Assembly: GCA_040901675.1 (NCBI GenBank)
Contig: JBBDYJ010000039.1
Coordinates: forward strand, 1 to 64,000
Direction of reading: 5' to 3'
Source: Pirellulales bacterium
Lineage (GTDB): Bacteria; Planctomycetota; Planctomycetia; Pirellulales; JAICIG01
DNA length: 64,000 bases
A model generated the notes under the pieces. That model had not been told where the DNA came from. It worked only from the letters and a program-made list of their open reading frames with translations, and did no database searches. Positions 52,178-62,698 of the stretch are shown piece after piece; positions within the stretch are counted from its first letter, which is position 1, and every line of letters begins with the position of its first letter. The position numbers and the translations under genes were made by a program.

Positions 52178-53173
52178 CTATTTGGGAGACCGTGCCGTGG
52201 CCGCTGACACGTCGAGCCAGTCTGAATCATGTGCGTCCGAAGTCGCGATTAAACAGCTAGGCAATGCAAGTCGCAACTCCGCGACGCCTCTGGCGGTGAC
52301 GCGGGTGTTCCACAAGTCCAGGGTGCGCAGGCCGGTAAGCGACGCGAGGCGCATCACCTCCTCGTCGCCAACCTGAGTGTATGAGAGCGATAGGTGCTCG
52401 AGTCTCGTCAGCTTGGCGAGATGTACCATACCGTCGTCGGTGATCTTCGTGCCGCCGAGCCATAGCCGCTTCAACCTGGGCAAATGGGCCAGAGACGCCA
52501 ATCCCGCATCGGTGACGGACGTGGACTCGAGATACAGGTCTTGCAGGTTTGCCAGGCTGTCGAGATGCTCTAAACCAGCGTCCCCAATCTTGGTACCGTG
52601 GAGGCCGAGCACTTCGAGCCGACGGAGGCCAGAGATGTGAACGAGATCGGCGTCTTCGATCGGAGTGCCACCAAGGCTTAACGTTCGCAAGTGGGTCAGG
52701 CCGCTGAGATGACGCAGGGATTCTCGCAATTGGGAGGCGTGTTCTGGCAACCAGATGGACACATGATGCCGTCGGGCCTGGGTGAGAATCGAAAAAACTT
52801 CGCCGTGTAGCGGATGCGCGCTGTAGTAGGGTGATGGACCGATAATCCCGCTAATCCCAGGCGGGAGCCTGCCGGAATCAGGGCCGGCGTCGAACGCGAC
52901 CCAGGCCACGCGGTCGAAATAGTGATCGCCGATCAACCGGCGAAGCCACGTCGTGCCGGACCGCTCGTGGATCCAGGTGCTCTTCCCGACGAGGGCCGGC
53001 ACTTCGTAATCGTAGCGGAGCTGGCCGCCAAGGCGTTGGATGGCCACCACGGCCTGTTGCTGCCGCTGGGCCCGGTTCACCTGGATGCCGAGCCAGATCC
53101 CCAGCACGGTCAGCAGGATCAGGCTGGACTGCAGGCTGAACTGGAACCAGCGGCGGGGTTTCAGCGTGTGCAT
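52178..53173 (-). CDS. Leucine-rich repeat protein with an N-terminal RRWFQFSL membrane anchor
   Basis: LxxLxLxxTxIxDxxL repeats x6 and an N-terminal TM. Confidence 0.85.
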   Translation of the reverse strand: MHTLKPRRWFQFSLQSSLILLTVLGIWLGIQVNRAQRQQQAVVAIQRLGGQLRYDYEVPALVGKSTWIHERSGTTWLRRLIGDHYFDRVAWVAFDAGPDSGRLPPGISGIIGPSPYYSAHPLHGEVFSILTQARRHHVSIWLPEHASQLRESLRHLSGLTHLRTLSLGGTPIEDADLVHISGLRRLEVLGLHGTKIGDAGLEHLDSLANLQDLYLESTSVTDAGLASLAHLPRLKRLWLGGTKITDDGMVHLAKLTRLEHLSLSYTQVGDEEVMRLASLTGLRTLDLWNTRVTARGVAELRLALPSCLIATSDAHDSDWLDVSAATARSPK

Positions 53174-53298
53174 CTGGTCATGATAACACGGGTGAAGGCA
53201 GAAGGCAGAAGGAGGAAGGAGGAATCAGAAACGGGCAAGTTTCTCGCGGTCAAATCGCTTCGTCCCTCCACCGTCTGTCCGTTGGTCTTTGTCGTTTC

Positions 53299-54225
53299 CT
53301 ACTCCTCCTTCCTCCTTTCTCCGTCCTCCTTGCGCCGGGCCTGCACGACGCGGGGGAGATGGGCGAGGTCTTTGACCGTCGGAAAAAGCTCGAAGACGCC
53401 GCTGCGCTCGACGATCTCGCGAACGGCCGCGTCGAGCTGCGGGCTGATCTCCATCAACAGCCAACCACCGGGCAAGAGGTGCTCGGCGGCCTGGGGCACA
53501 AGCCGCTCGATGACCGCCGTGCCTTGCGGGCCGGCCTCCAAGGCCAGGCGGGGCTCGTGCGATCGCACGTCGGGGGCCAGGGCCGCCATCTCGCCGGATG
53601 AGACATAGGGCGGATTGGAGACGATGAAATCGAAGCGCCGGTCGGGGGGCACCTTGGCAAACAGATCGCTTTCGACAAATTCGACCTGCTCGCTCACGCC
53701 GTGGTCGCGGGCGTTGGCGGCGGCCACGGCCAGCGCGGCGCGGCTGACGTCCAGCGCCAGCACGCGGCTGGAGGCGATTCGCCGGGCGGCGCAAATGGCG
53801 ATGATGCCGCTGCCCGTCCCGACGTCGGCGATGGCCGGCCCCGCATCGCGGGCGTCCTGCCCCAGCCTCGCGGCACGGTCAGCCGCCAGGTCCAAAAGCC
53901 GGATGACGACGAACTCGGTTTCCGGCCGCGGAATCAGCACGTCGGGAGTGACACGGAACGACAAGGAGTAGAACTCGCGCCGCCCGACCAGGTATGCCAC
54001 GGGGGCCCCTTCCGCTCGGCGGCGGACCAGTTCGCGAAACGCGGTCCGGGCCGGCTCGGCGGGGATTTCGTCGAAGCGGGTGTACAGCTCGATCCGCTGG
54101 CACGAGAGCGCCTCGGCCAGCAGGACCTCGGCATCCAGCCGCGGCGCGTCGGCGCCCCGCTGTTCGAGATACCCGGTCGTCCACTCCAGCAACCGCCCGA
54201 TCGTCCAGGATTCGCTGTGGGGCAT
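53299..54225 (-). CDS. prmC: Release factor glutamine methyltransferase
   Basis: VLIPRPETE, DVGTGSG and SNPPY; downstream of prfA. Confidence 0.95.
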   Translation of the reverse strand: MPHSESWTIGRLLEWTTGYLEQRGADAPRLDAEVLLAEALSCQRIELYTRFDEIPAEPARTAFRELVRRRAEGAPVAYLVGRREFYSLSFRVTPDVLIPRPETEFVVIRLLDLAADRAARLGQDARDAGPAIADVGTGSGIIAICAARRIASSRVLALDVSRAALAVAAANARDHGVSEQVEFVESDLFAKVPPDRRFDFIVSNPPYVSSGEMAALAPDVRSHEPRLALEAGPQGTAVIERLVPQAAEHLLPGGWLLMEISPQLDAAVREIVERSGVFELFPTVKDLAHLPRVVQARRKEDGERRKEE

Positions 54226-54259
54226 GTCGCTAGGACCCGGCGGCCAGGCGGTGAGCGGC

Positions 54260-55333
54260 TCAGTCGACGGCGCCCATCGCCGTACGCTGCTCCTGGCGAT
54301 CGTACTCGATCAGCTTGTCGAGCACCGGCTCCAGGTTGCCTTGCATGATCGAATCGAGCTTGTAGAGCGTGAGGTTGATGCGGTGGTCGGTCAGCCGGTT
54401 CTCGGGAAAATTGTAGGTGCGGATCCGCTGGCTGCGATCCCCCGACCCGACCAGCGTCTTGCGCTCCTGGGCCCGGCGGGCGTGCTCGGCGGCCCGCTTC
54501 TGCTCGTACAGCCGCGTCTTGAGCACGCGCAGCGCCTTGGCCTTGTTCTTGTGCTGGCTCTTCTCGTCCTGGCAGCTCACGACGATCCCCGTTTCGTAAT
54601 GCGTGAGCCGCACGGCCGAGGTGGTCTTGTTCACGTGCTGACCGCCGGGGCCGCTGGCACTGAACAGGTCGAGCCGGTAATCGTCGGGCTTGAGGTCGAT
54701 CTCCACGTCTTCAGGCTCGGGCATGACGGCCACGGTGGCGGCCGAGGTGTGGATCCGCCCCTTGGCCTCGGTTTCCGGCACGCGCTGCACGCGGTGGCCT
54801 CCACTTTCGTACTGCAGCTCGCGGTAGGCGCCCTCACCTTCGACCCCCAGGATGACTTCCTTGAAACCGCCCAGCTCCGTCGCGTGCAGTTCCAGGACTT
54901 CTATTTTCCAGCCCTTGTTCTCGGCGAACCTCTTATACATCTCGTACAGATCGCGGGCGAACAGGGCCGCCTCGTCGCCGCCGGTCCCCGCGCGGATTTC
55001 CATCACGCAGCGCGCGCGGTTGGAATCTTCGCCCCCCACGGTGAGATCCAGCAGTTCGTTCCAGTATTCTTCCCGCTCGGCCTTGAGCTTGGGCAGTTCG
55101 GCTTCGGCCAGCTCGCGCAGCTCAGGGTCGTGCCCTTCGAGCATGGCCAGGGCCTCGGAGATCTCCCGGTTGAGCTCCTTGAAACGGCGGTACTTGGTCG
55201 CCAACCTGGCGAGCGAGCCGCGTTCACGGGCCACGGCGGCCAACTGCCCTGAGTTGCCCAACACGGCCGGGTCGATGAGCCGGCGGTCCAACTCCTCGAA
55301 GCGGGCCAGCTTCTGGTCCAATAGGTCACGCAT
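54260..55333 (-). CDS. prfA: Peptide chain release factor 1
   Basis: [24 protein letters not shown] and RTYNFPENR. Confidence 0.97.
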   Translation of the reverse strand: MRDLLDQKLARFEELDRRLIDPAVLGNSGQLAAVARERGSLARLATKYRRFKELNREISEALAMLEGHDPELRELAEAELPKLKAEREEYWNELLDLTVGGEDSNRARCVMEIRAGTGGDEAALFARDLYEMYKRFAENKGWKIEVLELHATELGGFKEVILGVEGEGAYRELQYESGGHRVQRVPETEAKGRIHTSAATVAVMPEPEDVEIDLKPDDYRLDLFSASGPGGQHVNKTTSAVRLTHYETGIVVSCQDEKSQHKNKAKALRVLKTRLYEQKRAAEHARRAQERKTLVGSGDRSQRIRTYNFPENRLTDHRINLTLYKLDSIMQGNLEPVLDKLIEYDRQEQRTAMGAVD

Positions 55334-55497
55334 GGCGGATTACTTTAACAGATTGACTCGACGCAATGGGAATATGAACAACGGGCAAGACCGCTGGGCG
55401 CCCGGCGGCCGTGGGCGCAGGCCGGCGATGCGTATCCCGGCCGGCCGGCGCGCAGGCACGCCGGGCGATCGGGCCGGGCGGCCTCGCTGGAAAACAG

Positions 55498-55761
55498 CTA
55501 CGACTCGGTCGCTTCGGCGGTTGCCTTGGCGGCCTTCTTGCCGCGCGTCAAGCTGGCGTAACCGGCGCCGGCGAACTTGGTCTTGAACTTCTCGATGCGC
55601 CCGGCCGTGTCCACGTACTTGAGCTTGCCGGTATAGAAGGGGTGGCAGGCATTGCAGATATCGACCTTCAACTCGGGCATGGTGCTGCGGGTGGTGAACG
55701 AGTTGCCGCAGCCACACTTGACCGTGGTCTCAAAGTACTTGGGATGGATTCCTTTTTTCAT
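55498..55761 (-). CDS. rpmE: 50S ribosomal protein L31 (Zn-binding type)
   Basis: [23 protein letters not shown] and GRIEKF. Confidence 0.97.
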   Translation of the reverse strand: MKKGIHPKYFETTVKCGCGNSFTTRSTMPELKVDICNACHPFYTGKLKYVDTAGRIEKFKTKFAGAGYASLTRGKKAAKATAEATES

Positions 55762-55842
55762 GGCCCGGTTCCTCGAATGCTCGCCGCCCGTCGCGCCCGG
55801 AAAGTGGCCTGCCGGCCAGCGCCTGTGCCCGCGTCGGGATCG

Positions 55843-55882
55843 TTTGTTTTGGACGCAATCAGTTTATTTTGGACGCAATCAG
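55843..55882. repeat. 20-bp tandem direct repeat upstream of rpmE
   Basis: ttt(g/a)ttttggacgcaatcag x2, 1 mismatch. Confidence 0.8.
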
Positions 55883-55974
55883 ATGAAAAAGTCTACTACC
55901 CGGGGCCCGTCGCGGCAAGGCCTGGTCGGAGCGGAAGCGGTGAGCAGCGGGCAGGGGAGCCGTGCGGCAAGTCC

Positions 55975-57675
55975 TTACGGCGGTGCCGGTGCGGGGGCGG
56001 ATTCGAGTTGGCGGGCACGCAGCAGGCTGCCGTGCCGCTGGGGCGACTCGTCCGAAAGATAGGCCTCGATGGCATGGTCCGGCTGGCCGAGCGCTTCGTA
56101 GGCCTGCCCCATATTGAAGCGGGCGCCGGCGGTCCAAGGGCCGTCCGGCGTCGCCTCCAACACCCGCTCGCCGAAGTAGTCCAGGGCAGTCCGGTAGTCC
56201 CCCCGCTGCGAGGCCGTCAGTCCCAGCCAATAGCTGGCATCCTGCTTGGCCCGCGTCGCGATCTCGACGAACTGCTGGCCGGGAAGCTTGAGGAGTTGCT
56301 GGGCCATGAAGGCGTGTTCACCGAGACGAGTATCAGGCACCCTCGCCAATTGATAGAAGTGAATCGCACCGTGCTCGCCGTCGCTGGCCGACAGCAACTG
56401 CAATACCCGCCCCTTCCACAGGGCCGCAATCGGGTACGGCAAATTGTTCTTTATTTCGACGAACGGCAGCACGAAAGGGTGCATCTCGGCCAGTTGGGCG
56501 GCCCGCTGGGGCCGGCTCAGCTTGGACTGCTGCCGCTGGCGGCTGTAAGGCAGCGACCAGAGTCGAACGTCTTCGACGTGTGCACATTGTTTGAGCCGCT
56601 CGGCAAGCGGCGAGGCCGCCACCGAAAGGACCAGCTTGTCGCCGCCGGACAACTGCAGTTCGAGCATCGCCATCCGCCGCGACAGATAGGCGGGTGAGGC
56701 CTCGACCAGCGCCACAACGCCGGCCAGGTCGGCCGCGGTGAGCGGATAGCGGTGGTCGGCGCCGGCGTCGAGCCGGCGGAGCAGTGAATCGTCTTCGGCC
56801 GCCGCGGAGAGCGTGGCCACCGGCTGCCCTTCGCCCGGGATCGGCAGGCCCAGCCGCGTGTCGAACAGGTACAATTCGCCGTCCAGCAGCAGGGCCGCCA
56901 GCGAAACGTCGAGCGATTCCTTGCCGCCGGGCCTGTCGAGCAGCACAATATCGAGGCCCTGCTGCCGCGCCAACAACATCAGGACCCAGGCACGTTCCAG
57001 GGCCGTGCCGCGTCCCAGGAGCAGCGTCTGCCAAGGCATGTGCGGAGGAAGCGCGGCCTCGGTTGGATCGGGCAGCGGCTCGAGCTGGATGTTCCGAACA
57101 ACCCACTCGAACAGAAGCCTGGCCCGGTCCAGGTCGTCCGTGGAGTCGCGGCAGACCGACTCGGCCACCTCGCGGTGCCAGATGGCCTGCCGCAGCTCGA
57201 CGGCGTCGCCGGCCGCGAACGTCAGCTCGTCCAGCGACTCGACCGCGGGCAGCGCGGCCCAATCGCCGAGCGTGTCGAGCAGGGGATCCCTCTGCCACGC
57301 TGCGTTTTGCCACGCTGCGTTCGGTTTAGCGGCAATTGCCCATTGGTTGAGCCGGTCGACGACTTCCTTCAGGGCCTGGGCATTCAGCAGGTCGGCGGCC
57401 GCGACGTTCATGTTGTAGCGCTGGTTGACCGTGATCGGTACGTAGTCGAACTCGGCGAGGCCATTCAAGAGCTCGATGGCGAAGCGAAACACCCGCTCGC
57501 TCGATTGCGCGCCGGCGGCACCCTGGCCGGGATTGGCCGGTGTCTGCACGGTGGGCCGGCAACCCACAACCAGCACGGCCAGTAGCGCCGCCAGCGGCAG
57601 CCAGCCGCGCGGGCTGCGAAGCTGTGGCGCACGTGCGCGGCGGGTGGAAAGGGGGATAAGGCAGCTCTCAGGCAC
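55975..57675 (-). CDS. Lipoprotein with a transglutaminase-like core and C-terminal TPR
   Basis: Lipobox [15 protein letters not shown]...GRGTALERA...LFD and TPR helices; start uncertain. Confidence 0.7.
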   Translation of the reverse strand: MPESCLIPLSTRRARAPQLRSPRGWLPLAALLAVLVVGCRPTVQTPANPGQGAAGAQSSERVFRFAIELLNGLAEFDYVPITVNQRYNMNVAAADLLNAQALKEVVDRLNQWAIAAKPNAAWQNAAWQRDPLLDTLGDWAALPAVESLDELTFAAGDAVELRQAIWHREVAESVCRDSTDDLDRARLLFEWVVRNIQLEPLPDPTEAALPPHMPWQTLLLGRGTALERAWVLMLLARQQGLDIVLLDRPGGKESLDVSLAALLLDGELYLFDTRLGLPIPGEGQPVATLSAAAEDDSLLRRLDAGADHRYPLTAADLAGVVALVEASPAYLSRRMAMLELQLSGGDKLVLSVAASPLAERLKQCAHVEDVRLWSLPYSRQRQQSKLSRPQRAAQLAEMHPFVLPFVEIKNNLPYPIAALWKGRVLQLLSASDGEHGAIHFYQLARVPDTRLGEHAFMAQQLLKLPGQQFVEIATRAKQDASYWLGLTASQRGDYRTALDYFGERVLEATPDGPWTAGARFNMGQAYEALGQPDHAIEAYLSDESPQRHGSLLRARQLESAPAPAPP

Positions 57676-58501
57676 GTAGCATCTCCACGGTCTCTCGGAT
57701 TCGAATCAGCCGCGTCAACAGGCCGCCCACCTGGTCCAGCGGCACCATGTTGGGGCCGTCGCTGGGCGAGGACTCGGGCTGGGGATGGGTCTCGAAAAAC
57801 AGCCCGTCAACACCCATGGCGGTGGCCGCCCGCGCCAGCGGTTCGACCATCTCCCGGTTGCCGCCGGTGGCCGAGCCCAAGCCGCCCGGTTCCTGCACGC
57901 TGTGAGTGGCGTCGAAAATGACCGGCACGCCCAGGGCTTGCATCTGGGGGATCGAACGCATGTCGTTGACCAGCCGGCCATAACCAAAAAAGGTGCCCCG
58001 CTCGCACAACAGGATGTGCCGGCAGCCGGCACTTTCGAGCTTGGACACTACGTGCCGCATGTCCCAGGGGGCCATGAATTGGCCTTTTTTCACGTTCACG
58101 GCCCTGCCGGTGCGAGCGGCCGCAGTCAATAAATCGGTCTGCCGGGCCAGGAAAGCGGGGATCTGCAGCAGGCCGCAAACCTCGGCCACCGCGGCGGCCT
58201 GCTGCGATTCGTGTACGTCGGTGGTCACCGGCAAGCCGGTGGCGTCCCGCACGCGCCGCAGGATCGCCAAGCCGGCTTCGAGCCCCAGGCCGCGAAAGGC
58301 ATCGACGCTGGTTCGATTGGCCTTGTCGAACGAGGCCTTGAACACCAATTGCACCGGCAAGTCTTGGCAGATCCGCTTGAGTTCGGCGGCGATCGAAAGC
58401 GTCAGTTCTTCGTTTTCGATCACGCAGGGGCCGGCAATCACGAGCAGCGGCTGGTTGCCGCCGCAACGATAGGGTCCGATAGTGGCTGGGTTCTCTGGCA
58501 A
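57668..58501 (-). CDS. kdsA: KDO 8-phosphate synthase
   Basis: [41 protein letters not shown] and SDG; TTG start. Confidence 0.95.
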   Translation of the reverse strand: MPENPATIGPYRCGGNQPLLVIAGPCVIENEELTLSIAAELKRICQDLPVQLVFKASFDKANRTSVDAFRGLGLEAGLAILRRVRDATGLPVTTDVHESQQAAAVAEVCGLLQIPAFLARQTDLLTAAARTGRAVNVKKGQFMAPWDMRHVVSKLESAGCRHILLCERGTFFGYGRLVNDMRSIPQMQALGVPVIFDATHSVQEPGGLGSATGGNREMVEPLARAATAMGVDGLFFETHPQPESSPSDGPNMVPLDQVGGLLTRLIRIRETVEMLRA

Positions 58502-58885
58502 GTGAATTGATCGGTCTGGTGCGGGCGAGCCGGTAATATAGCGGACCGCGAGTGCGCCGTTAACGGACCGGCCGGCCAGGGTCGCCCAACGTGGATTACG
58601 CAAACGGCGCGGCACTGGTTTTTCTTTAGCCTGCCTGGGGGAGCCGATTCGAGGCGTGGCTGTCTCATTTTAAGACTCGACGGATCAACCCCCGGCGCGA
58701 TTGGCCCGGCTGGTGCGACTCGCAACACGATCTTGCGCCGACTGTCGTCGATCGCAACCGCCTGGTTGGGGGGTGCAGTGCTAGCCGCCCCCTCCGCTCT
58801 GGCATCCTGCGATTATCATAAGATTTTACTATTAAAAGAGTTGTGTCTTGAATCGCGCCGCGCCGGGCGTCGGTCCTTCGGATGC

Positions 58886-58901
58886 TGGCACAGCGAGTGC
58901 A
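58886..58901 (+). promoter_or_regulatory. Sigma54 (-24/-12) promoter candidate
   Basis: TGGCACAGCGAGTGCA = GG-N10-GC with TGGCAC; AT-rich tract upstream at 58811-58844. Confidence 0.6.
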
Positions 58902-58911
58902 TTATGCATCC

Positions 58912-59062
58912 ACCAGGTTTGGGTTTCGCAAAGACCTCCAAACAAATCGAGAACTGGCCCGCGGGGCCTCTGACGCTCTATTCAGCCGGACGGCTGACTT
59001 GCCCCTGACCGTCCAGCAATGGCCAATGTGTATGTGGCACGTCAGAGGCCCCCGTTTTTTTT
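58912..59062 (+). ncRNA. Candidate structured small RNA
   Basis: Lies between the sigma54 motif and a U-tract; 13-bp stem ggggcctctgacg/cgtcagaggcccc plus internal hairpins; no credible ORF. Confidence 0.4.
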
Positions 59063-59327
59063 GCGCCCTGGCGCCGTGTGGGCACCGTTTCGGGCGACCC
59101 GGCGTACGCCGCGGGTCGGCTTGGGCGGGTCTGAGCCGTCTGAGCCGGGCCGTCCCCCACTCCACACTTTCCCGCCCGCCGGCCGTCTCGCGCGTCTGCG
59201 CTCTTGCCGGTCCCTCTTCCCGCCGGTAGGTGCCAGTGGTATCTTCATGGGCTTAGGCGCAAACTGAGTCTGGGCGACGCCTTTGCGCCCAACACCCGGA
59301 AGTGTCGCTTAACTGCCTACAAGGCTT

Positions 59328-59401
59328 GCCAGCGTAGCTTCAATTGGCAGAGCACCGCATTCGTAATGCGGGGGTTGAGGGTTCGACTCCCTCCGCTGGC
59401 T
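59328..59401 (+). tRNA. tRNA-Thr(CGT)
   Basis: Acceptor GCCAGCG/CGCTGGC, anticodon stem CCGCA/TGCGG with loop TTCGTAA, T-loop TTCGACT; CCA not encoded. Confidence 0.95.
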
Positions 59402-59464
59402 GTTGGGTTTTGCAACCGCCGGAATCCAGCGCGGTGTTGCGTATTCAAAGGGAGATAACTGCGT

Positions 59465-60790
59465 ATGGCGCAAGCTTTGGAGTTCGACCTCAAACAGTTG
59501 GTGGTTTCCAGCCCGTCGTTCGGCCCGGCGGAAGTCCGGCAATTGATCGAGGGGCTGGCCGCCGATTTCTCCAACTACCGCTTGCTGCGGGAGGCGGTCC
59601 AGGAACTGGAGGCCAAGCAGGCAACCGCCGCGGCGGCCAAGGTCCGAATGGGCATTTGCTATTACCTGTTGGGCCGTTACCGGCTGGCGGTCGAGGCGCT
59701 TTCCGCCGCCGACAACGCCGGCCTGACACACTATTACCTGGGCCGAGCGCACTTCGCCCGGCAGGAGTATAAGCAGGCGGTCGATGCGTACCAGGCAGCG
59801 GCCAAGTCCGGCTACGAGGCGAGCGCCTGCGCGCTGGCGCGGGCCGAAGCCCTGCGTTATGCGGGCGACGCCAAGGGCGGCCTGGCCGTGCTGGACGGAC
59901 TTTCGGGGGCCATCGAGCAGACCGCCGATTATCTCTATCAGCGCGGCGCCACGGTGGCCGCGATCGGAGGCAACCCGGCTGAGGCCGTGGCCCTGCTCGA
60001 GCGAGCCGTCGAGGCCGATCCGCGTCATCCGGGCGCGTTGTTCGCTTTGGCGCTCGAAAACGATCGCCGCGGCAACGACGAGACGGCGCTGGAGCTATAT
60101 CAGCGGTCGGCGGGCCGTTTCCCCGCGCACATCGGCGCGCTGTTGAACCTGGGGATCCTCTACGAGGACCGCCAGCAGTACGAACGCGCCCGCCAATGCT
60201 ACCAGCGGATCCTGGACGTGTTTCCCAACCACGGCCGGGCCAGGCTGTTCCTCAAGGACGCGCAGGCCTCGGGCGACATGTACTACGACGAGGACGCGCA
60301 GCGCCGCCGCGACCGGTTGGGGCAGATTCTCAACGTGCCGGTGACCGATTTCGAGCTCTCGGTGCGCAGCCGCAATTGCCTCCACAAAATGGGCCTGTTG
60401 ACGCTGGGCGACCTGAGCCGGACCACCGAGCAGGAATTGCTCGCCAGCAAGAACTTCGGCGAGACCTCGCTGGTCGAGATCAAGGAGATGATGGCGTCCA
60501 AGGGATTGGAACTCGGCCAGCTCGCGGGCGAGAAGCAGGCCATCGAGGTCGGTTATGAACCGGAGACCGTCAGCGCCGACGAGCAGGCCCTGTTGGGCAA
60601 GCCGATTGCCGACCTGAACCTCTCCGTGCGGGCACGCAAGTGCATGATCCGCTTGGGCGTCAGCACCATCGGCGACCTGATCCGACGGACCGGCGATGAG
60701 CTGTTGGAGTGCAAGAACTTCGGCGTTACCAGCCTGAACGAGGTCCGCGAAAAACTTTCCGCACACGGGCTCAAGTTGCGCGGTGACTGA
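59465..60790 (+). CDS. TPR protein with two RNA polymerase alpha-CTD-like domains
   Basis: TPRs followed by two copies of LSVR(S/A)RxC...ELL..KNFG.TSL.E. Confidence 0.88.
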   Translation: MAQALEFDLKQLVVSSPSFGPAEVRQLIEGLAADFSNYRLLREAVQELEAKQATAAAAKVRMGICYYLLGRYRLAVEALSAADNAGLTHYYLGRAHFARQEYKQAVDAYQAAAKSGYEASACALARAEALRYAGDAKGGLAVLDGLSGAIEQTADYLYQRGATVAAIGGNPAEAVALLERAVEADPRHPGALFALALENDRRGNDETALELYQRSAGRFPAHIGALLNLGILYEDRQQYERARQCYQRILDVFPNHGRARLFLKDAQASGDMYYDEDAQRRRDRLGQILNVPVTDFELSVRSRNCLHKMGLLTLGDLSRTTEQELLASKNFGETSLVEIKEMMASKGLELGQLAGEKQAIEVGYEPETVSADEQALLGKPIADLNLSVRARKCMIRLGVSTIGDLIRRTGDELLECKNFGVTSLNEVREKLSAHGLKLRGD

Positions 60791-61907
60791 TCACCCACGT
60801 TTCGCGTTCCAAGTCCACCACGCCGACGCCGGTTGTGCCGCCCGGCTCAGCCGGTTCGACACGCCACACGGCTCCGTCAGCATGCCGGCCTTCATGCCGG
60901 TCGGCACGCAGGGCACCGTCAAGGGACTCACCGTCGAACAACTCAAGGGCACCGGCGCCGAAATGGTGCTGGCCAACACCTATCACCTGGCACTGCGCCC
61001 CGGCGAACAAGTGGTCGAAGCGCTGGGAGGCCTGCACGCCTTCATGGGCTTCAGCGGACCGATCCTGACCGACAGCGGAGGCTTCCAGGTCTTCAGCCTG
61101 GCGGCCATGACACGGGTGACCGACGAGGCCGCCGTGTTCCGCTCGCACATCGACGGCCGGACCGTGACCCTGTCGCCCGAGCGGGCGATCGCCATCCAGC
61201 AATCGCTGGCCAGCGACGTGGCCATGCCGCTGGATCACGTGGTGGCGCTGCCGGCCACGGACCAGCAGTTGCGCGACGCGGTCGAGCGGACGCTGTTGTG
61301 GGCTGAGCGAAGCCGCCAGGCGGCCACCCGCGGGGACCAGGCGCTGTTTGGCATCGTGCAAGGCGGCCTGGACGAGCGGCTGCGGGTCGAGTGCGCCGAG
61401 CGGCTGCGGGCGCTCGACTTCGATGGTTATGCCGTGGGCGGCTTGTCGGTCGGCGAGTCGCCGGCCGAGATGTTCCGGGTCCTCGAGTTCACGGTGCCGG
61501 CCCTGCCCGAACACCGTCCGCGGTACTTGATGGGCGTCGGCCGGCCCCAGGACCTGCTGTCGGCGATCGAGCGAGGGATCGACCTGTTCGACTGCGTGAT
61601 GCCGACCCGCAACGGCCGCAACGCGCTGGCCTTTACCGACCAGGGACCGATGCGGTTGCGAAACCGGAAATACGAGCGCGACGAGCGGCCGTTGGAGCCC
61701 GCTTGCCCGTGTGCGGCCTGCCGGCACAGCCGGGGCTATCTGCGGCACCTGTTCATGGCCAGGGAGATGCTGGGGGCCATGCTGTTGTCGATCCACAACC
61801 TTACTTACTACCAGCGGCTGCTGGCCGAAGCGCGGCAGGCCATCGCCGCGGACCGCTTTGTGGCGTTTCGCGAGAGCAAGCTGAAGACCTGGGAGGTGAA
61901 GGCCTAG
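60783..61907 (+). CDS. tgt: tRNA-guanine transglycosylase
   Basis: [37 protein letters not shown] and CPCAAC. Confidence 0.96.
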   Translation: MTDHPRFAFQVHHADAGCAARLSRFDTPHGSVSMPAFMPVGTQGTVKGLTVEQLKGTGAEMVLANTYHLALRPGEQVVEALGGLHAFMGFSGPILTDSGGFQVFSLAAMTRVTDEAAVFRSHIDGRTVTLSPERAIAIQQSLASDVAMPLDHVVALPATDQQLRDAVERTLLWAERSRQAATRGDQALFGIVQGGLDERLRVECAERLRALDFDGYAVGGLSVGESPAEMFRVLEFTVPALPEHRPRYLMGVGRPQDLLSAIERGIDLFDCVMPTRNGRNALAFTDQGPMRLRNRKYERDERPLEPACPCAACRHSRGYLRHLFMAREMLGAMLLSIHNLTYYQRLLAEARQAIAADRFVAFRESKLKTWEVKA

Positions 61908-61978
61908 GAAGGCAGAAGGACGAAGGCAGAAGGGTGAAGGCAGAAGGATGAAGGATGAAGGATGAAGGAAGGATGAAG
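61908..61978. repeat. Purine-rich heptamer tandem repeat (gaaggca/gaaggat)
   Basis: About 10 units directly after the tgt stop. Confidence 0.8.
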
Positions 61979-62250
61979 AGCAGCCTGACCGTGAAACCAG
62001 CGGGGGCGGTGCCGGTTTGGCCAGAACTCTGGCGCGTTCTGCTACACTCCGCGTTTCGGCTCCTATTCTGCCTTCTGCCTGCGTCCTTGCCCTTGTCGGT
62101 TGCGGCGCTTCGCCTTATGATACTTGACTACACTTCGCCCGGTATATGCGGGCAGGATGTTGCGCGTTGGGCCGTTCCTATCGGGTTCCCCCGCGACGCG
62201 GCGGCCCAGACACGTAAAAGCGGGGCTTCCAGAACTCAGGGGGGTCGTGG

Positions 62251-62628
62251 GTGATATCGGACGTGTTTCTCGCGTGGTCCTTGCTGGCCCAGAATGGCGG
62301 GCCGCCGCCGGTGAGCGGCCTGCAGTCGGCCATGCCGCTGTTCACGATCGTGGCGATTTTCGTGCTTTACATCGTGGTCATTCACCGGCCGGCGATGCGG
62401 CGCGAACAGCAGGCCCGGCAAGCCATGCTGGCGGGTCTGAAGAAGAACGATCGCGTGATCACCAACAGCGGGATCTACGGGGTGGTGACCAGCGTTCAGG
62501 CCGACGCGGATGAAGTGACCATACGCGTGGACGAGGCCTCGAATGCCAAGCTGCGGCTGACCCTCTCGGCGATTGCCCGCGTGCTGGGCGACGAAACGGG
62601 GGCCGAGGCAAAGAAAGAGTCAAAATAA
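62251..62628 (+). CDS. yajC: Preprotein translocase subunit YajC
   Basis: TM followed by LKKNDRVITNSGIYG; tgt-yajC-secD synteny. Confidence 0.9.
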   Translation: MISDVFLAWSLLAQNGGPPPVSGLQSAMPLFTIVAIFVLYIVVIHRPAMRREQQARQAMLAGLKKNDRVITNSGIYGVVTSVQADADEVTIRVDEASNAKLRLTLSAIARVLGDETGAEAKKESK

Positions 62629-62698
62629 ACAGGATGAACAGGCGGTTCGAAAGAATTCAAAGCCGGTGGGCCCGCCAGCTCATCGTCCTGGAGACAAG

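Noticed and set aside
58912..58960. c-di-GMP-I riboswitch, suggested by the GCAAA segment
   Set aside because: The GGCAAAC...GAAA...GACGCAAAGC two-stem consensus is not matched, and no ORF follows directly
59328..59401. tRNA-Thr as an island integration site
   Set aside because: I saw no duplicate of its 3' end in the window, and the flanks are housekeeping genes
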